From assembly GCF_009914755.1 (NCBI RefSeq), contig NC_060932.1: DNA of 64,000 nucleotides. One strand, given 5' to 3'. Made by a program: the position numbers and the translations under genes. Of the stretch, positions 1 through 13,016 are shown one piece after another (position 1 is the stretch's first letter; the number at the start of each line of letters is the position of its first letter). The notes beneath the pieces were generated by a model. That model had not been told where the DNA came from. It worked only from the letters and a program-made list of their open reading frames with translations, and searched no databases. The stretch comes from the human T2T-CHM13v2.0 reference genome, Homo sapiens.

Positions 1-386
1 CATTTTAGACTAATCTTAATTTAGGCAGATATTTATTCTATAATCTCACCAATACTTTTAGTTTCTCTTTTACCTACTTAATCTATAGGATTCTCAATTT
101 CTTTCTCAATCAAATGAATATTTTCTCCTTATACTAACTTCTATCTCTAACAATTGAGAGTTCTACTTTCCCAATAGTAAGAAATTATATTATGAATATC
201 TTTTAGGAGAATTCCATATCATTTTGTTGGCTGTGAGTTCTTTGGCGAGTGATAGCGCAGGGATAATTAGGTTAAGTTACAAATCGTTGGAGTCCTAGTC
301 AATTGTTCTTTGCCGTAGACATAGACTACACCATCAACCCAGGATAAATCATGACAAAAATAAATATTTTGTTTATTAAGAAATGT

Positions 387-580
387 GGCACTGGGAACAA
401 TGGTTCGTGTCTATAAACCTAGCACTTTGGGAGGCTGAGCCAGGAGGATCTCTTGAATCAACAAGGTCGAGGCTACAGTGAGCCATGTTTATACCACTGC
501 ACTCCAGCCTGGGTGACAGAGTGGGGCCCTGTCTGATAAAACAAAAACAAAAACAAAACAAACAAACAAACAAACAAAAA
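387..580 (+). mobile_element. Monomeric Alu (AluJ-derived left/right-arm chimera or FRAM-like) with (A)nC tail
   Basis: Left-arm 'agcactttgggaggctgag' runs directly into right-arm 'ggctacagtgagccatg...ccactgcactccagcctgggtgacagag', followed by an (AAAAAC/AAAC)n tail. Confidence 0.9.
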
Positions 581-1374
581 CTATGGGAGAGAGAGAAGAG
601 AAATTACTAAGAAAATCTAAAATAAAAATGAAAAAAATTCAAAGATACACAGGGCACATTTTTAGCCGACAAATAAGAACATTAATAATTTGATGTGTTT
701 TTTTAATCACCTTTGTTCATCTTTCACTAACACTGTATTCATGCTTTCTAAAATAAAGTCATGTAACACAAATCATACATATTCTTTCTTTTTTAGTATG
801 CATACATTTTATTTAGTTAAACAGTCATATATTTCAGTTAAAATCTCTGGGGAACTATAAAACTACAACAATCTTTTCAGAGTTAAAGAAAAATTATGTA
901 GATATATTCCTTCACTACTTTTTGAAAAAAAAGAAGCAAAATGAGCTGTTTGTATTCATAATTTGATATTTACAAAATAACTCTCTTGTCCCCTAGGAGG
1001 ATCTTGGGAAAAGATTCAGGATGATCAAATCTTTGGAAAGATAGAGGGTCAAAATGACATTTCCTTGAGGCCCAAAGCTGAGGAGTCCAGAGAGTCACTT
1101 CTATATTGAAAACTTTCAAATACCTATGAGTTGGCTGAAGTTCAATGATTCCAATGAGATTTTTCCAGTAAATGTGTCATATTCATTTGTTAGTTTAGAT
1201 AAACAACTACTTTTCTTCATATCCTTGATAAAAGAAAGATGGGACTATAGTGAAATAATAACAGCATTCTGTCGCCCTGGATGTTAGCCCAGAATGAGAG
1301 TGTAAGCCAATATATATTTCTGTGTAAGGATAAAATAAAAAAAAATCACAAATGCGTTATTGGAATACTAATTA

Positions 1375-2232
1375 TTTTTATTGTGTGATAAGTTACAAAC
1401 AATAAAGTTTACAAACATTAAGTGCACGGTTGAAAGTTTTTACATTTGTATATATCTATGTGCAACTACTACTTCAGTGAAGATATAGAACATTTCTGGC
1501 AACAAAAGGTTCCCAAACAGTAAATCCCACAAGAATAATGTTTCTTCTGACTTCCCCATAGGTTACATTAGCCTGTATTTGAGCTTAGTATAATGGAAAT
1601 TACAAATTAAAAATTCATTTATAAATTGTTTCCATAAAAGTTGTATGTGATATTCATCTATGTTGCATACAATAATTATTTCTATTCCATGGTTCTGTAA
1701 TAATGCAATGTACAAATATATCACAATATTTTTACCTATTTTATTATGGGCAGTTGTTTCTGAATTGTCACTATCACGAATGAGGCCATTATTAATATTT
1801 TTGAATTTTGGGAGTGAATATAAGCATTCATTTCTGATCCAGGTAAGAAATTGCTGAGTTATACATAGGCTCAACTTTAGTAAGTAAAGTCCACCAATAT
1901 TTCAAAGCAATTATACTATTTTGCACTTTCAGTAGAATTGTAAGAGAATTCCACTTGCTCTAAATCGTCACTAACAATTGGATTTAAAATTCTTCTTAAT
2001 TTTAAATATCCTGGTGAGTATTTCTTTCTCAGTGAATTTTAATTTGTATTTCTCTGAAGTTTATTTTGTTGTTGATAGTGTATACAATGTACAATTGACT
2101 TTTGTACATTGATTTTAACAACCTTGCTAAAGTCACCTATTCTAATAATTTATAACCTTAGTATTTCTAGCTACACAATCATTGTCTGCAAACAATAATC
2201 ACATATTTCTTCTTCTCTAATCTTATTCCACC
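1375..2232 (-). mobile_element. Old L1M (L1ME-like) 3' fragment, interrupted by THE1B; resumes ~4875-4960
   Basis: Reverse L1M 3'-end motifs ('aagtgcacggttgaaagtttttacatttgtatatatctatgtgcaactac', 'aagatatagaacattt') and ORF2 remnant 'acacaatcattgtctgcaaac'. Confidence 0.7.
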
Positions 2233-4324
2233 TGTATTAGTTTGTTTTCATGTTGCTAATAAAGACATACCTGAGACAGGGCAATTTACAAAAGAAGAGG
2301 TTTAATAGACTTACAGTTCTATGTGGCTAGGAAGGCCTCACAATCATGGTGAAAGGTGAAAGGCATGGCTCACATGACAGCAGGCAAGAGAAGAGAGCTT
2401 GTGCCGGGAAATTCCCCTTTTTAAAATCATCAGATCTCATGAGACTTATTCACTACCAGGAAAACAGCAGGGGAAAAACTTGCCCCCATGGTACAATTAC
2501 CTCCCAATGGGCCCCTCCCACAACACGTGGGAATTCAAGATCATATTTTGGTGGGGGCATGGCCAAACCATATCATTCGGCCCCTGACCCCTCCCAAATC
2601 TCATGTCCTCAAATTTCAAAACCAACCAGGCCTTCCCAACAGTTCGGCGAAGTCTTAACTCATTTCAGCATTAACTCAAAGAACACAGTCCAAAATCTCA
2701 TTTGAGACAAGGCAAGTCCCTTCCACCTGTGAGCCTGTAAAACCAAAAGCAGGTTAATTATTTCCTTGATACAATGAGGGTACAGGCATTGGATAAATAT
2801 AGCCATTCCAAATGGGGGAAATTGGCCAGAATGAAGGGGCTGCAGGCCCCATGCAAGTCCAAAACCCAGCAGGGCAGTCAAATCTTAAAGTTCCATAATG
2901 ATGTCTTTTGACTCATGTATCACATCCAGGTCATGCTGATGGAAAAGGTGGGTTCCCATGGTCTTGGACAGCTCTGCCCCTCTGGCTTTGCAAGGTGGAG
3001 CCTCCCTCCCAACTGCTTTCACAGGCTGGTGTTAAGTGTCTACAGCTTTTTCAGGCACATGGTGCAAGCTATTGGTGGATCGACCATTCCTGGGTCTAAA
3101 GGACGGTGGACCTCTTCTCACAGCTCCACTAGGCGGTGCCCCAGTAGGGACTCTGTGTGGGGTCTCCAATCTCACATTTCCCTTCCACACTGCCCTAGCA
3201 GAGGTTCTCCATGAGAGCCCCATCCTGGCAGCAAACTTCTGCCTAGATATCCAGGCATTTCCATACGTGTTCTGAAATCTAGGTGGAGGTTTCCAATCCT
3301 AAATTATTGACCTCTGTGCACCTGCAGGCTCAACACTATATGGAAGCTGCCAAGACTTGGGGCTTGTACCCTCTGAAGTCGCAGCCCAAGCTTTAACTTG
3401 GCCCCTTTCAGTCATGGCTGGAGCAGCTGGGACACAGGGAACCAAGTCCCTAGGCTGCACACAGCATGGGAACCCAGGTCCTGGCCCACAAAAGCATTTT
3501 TTCCTCCTAGGCCTCCAGGCCTGTGATGGCACTAAGTGAAGACCTCTGACATGCCCTGGAGACATTTTCCTCATTGTCTTGGGGAGTAACATTTGGCTCC
3601 TTATTCCTTATTCAGATTTCTGCAGACAGCTTGAATTTTTCCTCTGAAAATGGGATTTTCTTTTCTATCATATCGTAGGGTTGCGAACTTTCTGAACATT
3701 TATTCTCTGATTCCCTTATAAAACTGAATGCCTTTAACAGCACCAAAGTCACCTCTTGAATGCTTTGCTGCTAAGAGATTTCTTCTGCCACGTAGCCTAA
3801 ATCACCTTTCTCAAGTTCAGAGTTCCACAAATCTCTAGGGCAGGGGCAAAGTGCCTCCAGTCTGTGCTAAAATATAGTAAGAGTCACTTTTGCTCCAGTT
3901 CCCGATAATTTCCTCATTTCCATCTGAGACCTCAGCCTGGACTTTATTTTCCATATCACTATCAGCATTTTGGGCAAAGCCATTCAAGTCTCTAGAAACT
4001 TCCAAAATTTTCTACATTTTCCTGTTTTCTTCTGAGCCCTCCGAACTGTTCCAACCTCTGCTTGTTACAAAGTTCCAAAGTCGCTTCCAAATTTTCAGAT
4101 ATCTTTTCAGCAACATCAAACTATACTGGTGCCAATTTATTGTATTAGTCCATTTCCACCCTGCTGATAAAGATATACCCAAGACTGGGCAAGTTAAAAA
4201 AGAAAGAGGTTTAATGGAACTACAGTTACACGTGGCTGGGGAGGCCTCATAATTACAGTGGAAGGTGAATGGCACGTCTCACATGGCAGCAGGCAAGAGA
4301 AGAGAGCTTGTGCAGGGAACTTCT

Positions 4325-4536
4325 TCTTCTTATTTTATTTATTTATTTATTTATTGAGACGGAGTTTACTCTTGTTGCCCAGGCTGGAGTGCAATGGTGC
4401 AATCTCAGCTTGCTGCAACCCCCGCCTCCCAGGTTCAAGCGATTCTTCTGCCTCAGCCTCCCAAGTAGCTGATAATACAGGCATGCATCTCCATACCTGG
4501 CTAATTATATATATATATATATATAAATATATAAAT

Positions 4537-4569
<33 letters not shown>

Positions 4570-4700
4570 TATTTTTTTTCAGTAGAGATGAGGTTTCACC
4601 ATGTTGTTCAGGCCGATCTTGAACTCCTGACCTCAGGTGATCCACTCGCTTCGGCCTCCCAAAGTGCTGAAATTACAGGCATGAACCATTGCACCCAGCC
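4325..4700 (-). mobile_element. AluSq/Sp-type element inside the THE1B 5' LTR
   Basis: 'gagtttactcttgttgcccaggctggagtgcaatgg'; (TTTA)n tail; degenerate TSD gaacttc / gaaactccc. Confidence 0.93.
4505..4572. repeat. (TA)n/(TATAAA)n microsatellite in the Alu linker
   Basis: About 65 bp of pure A/T alternation replacing the Alu middle A-rich linker. Confidence 0.95.
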
Positions 4701-5817
4701 TGAAACTCCCCTTTGAAAAACCATCAGATCTCGTGAGACTCAGTCACTATCAGGAGAACAGCATGGGATAGACTTGCCCCCATGATTCAGTTACCTCCCA
4801 CGGGGTCCTTCCCACAACATTTGGGAATTTAAGATGAGCTTTGGGTGCAGACACAGACAAACCAAATCACCGCCTATTCCACTTTTTGTGCTACTCCTCT
4901 TTCTTGAATCAGCTAGGATGTTAAATAAAGAAATGCTGAATATGAATATAGTGGATCTTATTTCTGTTCATGACTGCTGGTTTTCGTTGGGTGTCTTATA
5001 GTCTCACTGAGCATATGTGTGAACAAGTTAGGAGACAACTAATGACTCCAGAGGAATCTGAAGGCTGTTTTGGAGCTTGCTTCTCTGTGGTTTCTTCCTC
5101 TATCAGTTTGCTCAAGTTTAATTCACTGTGATTATCTGAAATTCTAACCTATGTTTTCCCTGTCAAATTAGTAAGCTATATTTAAGGTAATACTAAATGT
5201 TGGTAAATATGCTGTGTGACTCCTTCGTAATTGACTGGTGAGATTATAATTTGACATTCCCTTTCTGGGAGTAAAATTGAAAATGTGAATAAAAAGGTTA
5301 CTTTTATTCATATCTTATAATCTGGAAATTTAATTTCTAGAACACCCTATGAAAATAATCAGAAGTATGGGTAAAGATTTATGTAATAAGACTTCATAAA
5401 GGTGACGTTAATGATGTTAAAAAATGAGGGCAAATTAAATATCTAAATGAGAGAGAAATAGGAAAATTGTGATACATCCCCCAATTCCAACATTTTGTAA
5501 AGTAATGTGCATCTATTGCTTTAATTTGATTAATAAAACTTTCTTGATTTCCTTCTTGTGGATACCATTATCTGTTTCTGGGATCTCCCTTTTTCCAGGA
5601 GAAGCTCTCATCTACTTAAATGGCTTTCCCTTTCCTTTTGTAGAGCAATGGAAATGGTGTCAATGTGAACCAATAGATTCTCAATACATGTTGAACTGCC
5701 ATTAGTGGCAGGCAAAAAGAGGAATAAGAAAACTCTTTTTTTTTTTTTTTTTTTGGTAGAGGGTAGATAAATTGTGTAAATAAAGATTTCAAAGCTTACT
5801 GAAACATGTCCTCTACT

Positions 5818-5975
5818 CAGGGCCAGCGACATGGTGCTGAGTACCTAGGACAAAAGAGGGCTCAATGCTTAAATTTCCAGAGGGCAACAGGAGACTATCA
5901 AGCCAAATGAAGGATCCTTATGAGCACAGAGGCCTGTACAACTGCAAAGTTCTCATGCACATGACACTAGCCCTG
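5818..5975 (-). mobile_element. MER45A-like hAT-Tip100 MITE
   Basis: Terminal inverted repeats CAGGGCCAG...CTAGCCCTG; the reverse complement resembles the recalled MER45A consensus; 8-bp flanks cctctact / cttctgtc differ only by transitions. Confidence 0.75.
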
Positions 5976-6259
5976 CTTCTGTCATTTTGAGATAAACTGT
6001 CAATGGCAAAATTTATAGTCAACTTACAGAAAGATGTAAATATAATTAGTGGTTTAGAGAGTCTGGCTATGGATGGCCAAACTACAGTTCTGCCTTTCCA
6101 AGAAAATTAAGCAAATTCATTTGTTTTTACCTAGAGTAGTTACATTTCTGCTAATTGCAACCAGAAGAATCTGAGTATTACACATTATGTTTAGAAAGAG
6201 ATTAAAATAACCTGGGGAATTGCTAATAATTTAATCTTCAGTAAAAAGAATAAGCAAAC

Positions 6260-6480
6260 ACATTCATTCAACAAATATTATTGAGTGTCTCATGTCTCTG
6301 ACTCTGTTCTAGGCATTGAGGATATAAAAACAAACAAATAAAATTCTAGCCCTTAATATTCTAATAGTGGAACTTAGATAACGTGCAAAATGAATACGTA
6401 AGTATGCAGTATGTTAGTTGATAATACATTTTATGGAGAAGTATTAAATAAGAATAAGATACGAAAGGGGAGATTGAGAA
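6260..6480 (-). mobile_element. L2 3' end
   Basis: 'cattcattcaacaaatattattgagtg...ctctgttctaggcattgaggata'. Confidence 0.8.
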
Positions 6481-7059
6481 TTGTTAGAATTTTGTATACC
6501 TTTTACATTTTATTCTTTTAGTTCATTCAAAAAGTATTTAATAAGTGTTTAAGTGGTGAGTTAATTATATATAGATATAGAAGCATAAAGCAACAAGCAT
6601 ATTAAATAAATTGATATTTATTTTGACTATCATAGTTACAATATTCAATATTTGGGGTAGACACTAGTGTATGTAGGTATTTGTCTTACACAAAGAACTG
6701 CAGATTTTAATTGAAGAAAATGTCAAAAGCAAAAAGGGAAGACAATTTAGAAGGCAGGAGCTCAAATACTGAAAACTGTGGAACAAGAGCATTAGTTAAA
6801 AGTACGAACAAAATCAATTGAATAATTCAATAGTCAACCTAGCATTTAACATTTAAAACGACTTGGAGAAAGATCCCAACTCTGCCACTTTTCAGTATGT
6901 GGCTTTCAGAATATATTTATGTCTAAATAGTGGTTAGTGGAATGGATGTTCTATCCAAAATTAAAATGTATAATTCAGAAAGATGGAGGATAGAAATAAT
7001 ACATTTTATAGATATGGCAACTTGTCAATCTTATTAAGTCTCAGATTGATTCAGGCATG

Positions 7060-7265
7060 ATTTTGTATCCTGGCTTTACTTTTTTTGAGTCAGTATAACT
7101 TTAAACTGACTACACAATTTCTTTAAAGATCCATCTCCTCATCCGTAAAATAAAAATTAAAATAGTACTTTCCACATAGAGTTGTTTGAAATAATTTTGA
7201 CCTAAAAACTGTGTAAGACACTTTTTGTGTTACTGACACATAATAGACAGAATAAATATTATCAA
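7060..7265 (+). mobile_element. MIR
   Basis: Core 'ctcctcatccgtaaaataaaaattaaaatagtacttt', 3' end 'ctgacacataatagac'. Confidence 0.7.
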
Positions 7266-7349
7266 CTGCACCATTAATATTATTATCAATCACTTACATT
7301 CCAGATTCTATGATCTCTATTTTATAAAGGTCACTGTGAAGTTTTCAAA

Positions 7350-7460
7350 CAACCATGTAGGACATGTAATATATTTTTGTTTTACAAATGAATACCCTGT
7401 AATAAAAAAAATTTGGCAAAGGCCTAATTAGGAAGTGGTGGAACCAAAAATTTAATTTAC
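7350..7460 (-). mobile_element. MIR fragment
   Basis: 'tttacaaatgaat...aggaagtggtggaacc'. Confidence 0.5.
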
Positions 7461-8399
7461 TTGTACAGTCACCTTTTCTCAAAATATTTTCTGCTGTACT
7501 ATAAATATATCCAATGATTAGCTGAGATAGTCCTAATTTCAAAATGATTTCAAGTTTCCTCCAGGTTGACTTAAAATTTCAGATTTTGCTTAGCCAGTAC
7601 TACTTTATGACTACGTTTATCATGTCCATAGTTCATGTACAAAATTGAGTTAAACATTGTGTATATGGGATTACTAATGTCCATGTTAGAGTAAATCTTG
7701 CATAGATGTACTATAATAAATATACTTTCCTATGAATTGTTGGGTTTATCTTTTTATAACATATATATGCAAATTATAATTATTTTCACATTCAAGCTGT
7801 GCACTCTAGATCACAATTAACCAATTTAACAGTTAGCTCTGTGACTCAGACTAATGCAATTTCTATTTATAATGCAGCAGCAGGAATAAAAATTTTGAAA
7901 CCCCCATAAAATAAATGCTTTCCATAGCTATAAAACAAAAGTAAAATAAAAAAAAATCAGCTCATTACAAAGTTCTGTTTGAACAACACAACACCACATT
8001 TTTCCCAGCAAAGTGTCCTTTAGGACTGAGTAATGTATGTCAAACCTGAATTTTTATTTGGAGAAGTATCATGTAACAGACTGCTAAATGGCAGCAATAA
8101 TAATGTACTTCACAAAAACCACCTAATGTCTTAGCAAATCTTACTGCAACTTTTATTTCTAATAAAACAAGTGTTTCCCAAGTTTTTTAAAAATTTAAAC
8201 AAAGTTTAAAGGTCAATTAAAAATCATAATTTAATCCCTTTTGAATAGGCATGTAAATATCCCATTATTGTTAAACAACTATATTCCAAAAGACTTTTAA
8301 AATTATAAAACATTGTAGCTTCAGAGCTTTCATTGTTTTATGTGTATATGCAATTATTCTCACTGTGTACCATCAGTTCTTCACAATGTTTTTCTACTG

Positions 8400-9180
<781 letters not shown>

Positions 9181-9217
9181 TAGTAGAAAGTGTAGGGCAA
9201 GAAGAAACCTATCTATC

Positions 9218-9506
<289 letters not shown>

Positions 9507-10508
9507 TGATATGGTTTGGCTAAGTCCCCACCCAAATCTCACCTTGAATTGTAGTTCCCATAATCCCCACATGTCATGGGAGGGACCCCCGTGGGAGGTA
9601 ATTCAATCATGGGTGTGCTTACCCTCATGCTGTTCTCGTGATGGTGAGTGAGTCCTCTTGACATCTGATGGTTTTATAAAGGGCTTTTTCCCCTTTTCCT
9701 TGGCACATCTTGTTGCTGTCATGTGAAAGATGTGTTTGCTTCCCTTTCCATTATGAGGTAAGTTTCCAGAGGCCTCCCCAGCCATGTTGAACTGTGAGTC
9801 TATTAAACCTCTTTCTTTTATAAATTACACAGTCTTGGGTATGTCTTTATTAGCCTTGTGACAACAGATTAATACAGTAAATTGATACTGGGAGTGGGGC
9901 ACTGCTATTATAACACCTGAAAATGTGGAAGCAACTTTGGAACTGTGTAACAAGTAGAGATTGGAACAGTTTAGAGGGCTCAGAAGAAGACAGAGACATG
10001 TGGGAAAGTTTGAAACTTCCTAGAGACTTGTTGAATGGCCTTGACCAAAATGCTTATAGTGATATGGACAATAAAGTCCAGGCTGAGGTCATCTCAGATG
10101 GAAATGAAGAACTTGTTGGGAACATGAGCAAAGGTGACTATTGGTTATGCTTTAGCAAAGAGACTGGCAGCATTTTGCTCCTGCCCTAGAGATCTGTGGG
10201 ACTTTGAACTTCAGAAATATGATTTAAGGTACCTGGTGGAAGAAATGTCTAAGTAGTAAAGCATTCAAGAGGAAGCAGAGCATAAAATTTGAAAAATTTG
10301 CACCTCAACCAAGCAATGGAAAAGTAAAACCCATTTTTTTCTGGGGAGAAATTCAAGCTGGCTGCAGACATTTGTTTATGTAACAAGGAGCTGAATGTTA
10401 ATCACCAAGACAATGGGGAAAATGTCTCCAGGGCATATTGGAGAACTTTGTGGCAGCCCCTCCCATCACAGACCCAGAGGCCTAGTGGGGAAATTGTTTC
10501 ATGGGCTG
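9507..10508 (+). mobile_element. THE1D LTR (9507-9876) plus the first ~630 bp of internal region
   Basis: 'tgatatggtttggct...gattaataca', then MaLR internal 'gtaaattgatac...aatgtggaagcaactttggaac'. Confidence 0.92.
9599..9609 (+). promoter_or_regulatory. DUX4 consensus site in THE1D LTR (TATAAA downstream at 9675-9680)
   Basis: TAATTCAATCA matches TAAYBBAATCA; MaLR LTRs are established DUX4 targets; occupancy here not shown. Confidence 0.55.
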
Positions 10509-10880
10509 AGTCCCTTCTCATGTTGCTAACAAAGACATACAAGAGAGACTGAGTAATTTATAAAAGAAAGAGGTTTAATTGACTCACAGTTCAGCATGGC
10601 TGGGGAGGCCTCAGGAAATATACAATTATGACAGAAGGTGAAGTAAACACATCCTTCTTCACATAGTGGTAATAAGGAGAAGTACTGAGCAAAATGGGGG
10701 AAAGGCCCTTTTAAAACCATTAGATCTTGTGATAGCTCACTCACTATCATGAAAACAGCATGAGGGTAACTGCTGCCATGATTGAATTACCTCCAACTGG
10801 GTCACTCCCAGGATACATGGGGATTATGGGAACTACAACTCAAGATGAGATTTGGGTGGGGACACAGCCAAACCATATCA
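10509..10880 (-). mobile_element. THE1D LTR in inverted orientation, missing only its last ~6-12 nt
   Basis: Ends 'gacacagccaaaccatatca', the reverse complement of the LTR start; collinear with the reverse complement of 9507-9870. Confidence 0.92.
10779..10789 (-). promoter_or_regulatory. DUX4 consensus site in the inverted THE1D LTR
   Basis: TGATTGAATTA is the reverse complement of TAATTCAATCA. Confidence 0.55.
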
Positions 10881-11299
10881 AGGATCATCAGTTTTAATCT
10901 ATGCCCTCCATTTATGCTCACTTATAAGAATCTCTCAGAACTTCCAAGGCATATTCCACCCAACTCTAATCTTCATACTTTTTTTTTTAACATTTATTTT
11001 TGTCACAGTGAGCCTTAAACTTTCCTACTTTGCGTTCAGAATTAAGATTTTAGTCCTCCTCAATAAAGTGCTTATATCTCAAATCCTTCTACTAGTATTG
11101 TTTACTTTCTTCCTCCAACCTAACAGTATCTACACTAATGACATTAAATGCTCCTTGTAGACTATTAAGGCCATTTTGTTTCTGCCACAATATGCATTCC
11201 ACTAGCACAGAGCGGTCAATATGTCCTACCTGTCTTCATTGCTGCATCTATTCCATGTTCCATTTCTCCTCCCTTAAATAACTCAGCTTATATCTTATA

Positions 11300-11700
11300 T
11301 TACCAAATTGTATCACCTCATATTAATTTTACAGTCATTTGCCTCTCCTTAGAACAACCCTCCACCTTTCGTCACTCTAGTTATTAGAACACTGCTGCTC
11401 TCTTCCACATTATTTCTGTTATCATATGTTGTGATTCAACACCCATAAAATATAATCCTTTCAGAATCCAGCCTCTCAGTTCCAGACCTCCTCTTCTCCA
11501 ATGATTGTGTTTTCCACTTTACCTGAGGCCCCTTACTTGTGGTCAGATACTCAAATTTGCTATTATTATATAGGTTAATGTTTCCACAATCTTAGTTTCA
11601 AGCATCCTACTCTCTGATTGCTTTCAACTCTATCCAATTTTCTCTAATATCTCAACTTTAGAAAATATTAAACCTTAATATTTTTACCCACCGTATCGTC
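11300..11700 (+). mobile_element. L2 internal (ORF2 endonuclease-region) remnant
   Basis: 'gtgattcaacaccca...ccagcctctcagttcc...ctcttctccaatgat'. Confidence 0.55.
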
Positions 11701-12109
11701 CCTGACCCTAACCTCCACATTTTCTTACATTCCTCCATTTGAGTATGCAGCTTGTATACATGGTAGTGATTAATGTGGTAATTAATGATGTTTTAAAGGC
11801 AAAAAAGTAAAATTCAGATGCCAGAATGCAGTCAGCATTTTTATTAACTGTCTCTCTTTCCTTCTCTCTCTTTTCTCTCTCTCTAACTATATCTATATAA
11901 TACAAATATGAAAATGCATATATGTATATTATACACATATGCATACATATGTATATAATTCCTAGCACAAAATACATACACATCATACAAATAGTGAAAA
12001 AAGAATCTCAACAATATAACTGACAAAAGGTTATCATTCTGAGTATATAATTTATTCAAAATAATAAGAGAAAGCACAATATTTTATCTTGTAAGCACTA
12101 CAACAAAAT

Positions 12110-12350
12110 GATCAGAAGCATAGGTCTAGGGGTTAGTTAGATTTCATATTCTAGTCAAAATCTGCCATTTGCTATATGATGTTACTTTAGAAAACTGTTT
12201 AAAGTCTCTTACCCTCAATTATTTTTAAACTTTCTTAACCTCAGTTTCTAATGATGATAATTGTACTTACTTAATGGAACCTTTTAAGGCACTATGCCAA
12301 ATGGATAGTGCATGGTAATGGGTAACCACTCATTAAATATTTCTTCTACC
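12110..12350 (+). mobile_element. MIR
   Basis: 'tctgccatttgctatatgatgttactttagaaaac...cttaacctcagtttc'. Confidence 0.65.
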
Positions 12351-12539
12351 ATTGCTAAAATAAAAAAGTAACTTTATCTAAATATTGAATTAAAATAATT
12401 ATTATCAATCTTCCATAAGTAATATATATTAATTTATTTTATTTTTATTGGTGGATAGTATTTAATTATAATGAGATTAAATTTTGTTTATTTATTACCC
12501 TATTGATGAGCATCAAGGTAGATTTTAATTGTATCCTGT

Positions 12540-12935
12540 AGCAAGTAATGGTATACATGTTTCCTAATGCATGTGTGAAAGATTGTCAGATTTTTTTTTT
12601 TTGCAATAAAATTGCTGGGCAGTATAAATTGTACATGTTTACATTTGTTCAATATTAGCAAAACTATATCCAAAATGTTGGTTCTAATTTCTTCTATCAG
12701 CAACACACAAACATCTTCTTGCTCTACATATTCATAAATACTTTGTATTGTCAGCCTTTAAAACCACTGATAGTCTTATACAAGTGAATTGTTACCACAT
12801 TCAACTTCTAATTTATAACTTTTTAAATCATCATTTTGAGCTTTTTATGGAATAATATATCTATTTTGATTAATCTTCTCTGAATTGCCTATTTATAATT
12901 TTTACATAATGTTCTCTTATCTTTTTTTGTTGTTG
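12540..12935 (-). mobile_element. Old L1M fragment
   Basis: 'aaaattgctgggc', 'ctctacatattcataaatactttgtattgtcag', 'tctgaattgcctattta'. Confidence 0.5.
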
Positions 12936-12940
12936 TTTAT

Positions 12941-13016
12941 TTACCAAAGTTGAAGCCTAGTCAAGAAGAGGGCTCAGAGAAGCTTGACTAAAGTTTCATG
13001 AAGAGAGTCTCTGTCA
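12941..13016 (-). mobile_element. MER31-like ERV1 LTR 5' fragment
   Basis: Reverse complement begins 'tgacagagactctcttcatgaaactttagtcaagcttctctgagccctcttcttgactaggc'. Confidence 0.65.

Larger units (their letters stand above)
2233..4869 (-). mobile_element. Full-length THE1B (ERVL-MaLR) provirus: LTR 2233-2575, internal 2576-4140, LTR 4141-4869 (Alu-interrupted)
   Basis: Two direct LTRs starting 'tgtattag' and ending 'ccaaaccatatca'/'caaaccaaatca'; MaLR internal sequence between them; 5-bp TSD CCACC (2228-2232) / CCGCC (4870-4874), differing by one CpG transition. Confidence 0.95.

Noticed and set aside
2346-4252. Cluster of ORFs in the THE1B internal region
   Set aside because: Fragmented MaLR internal and antisense frames, not an intact gene.
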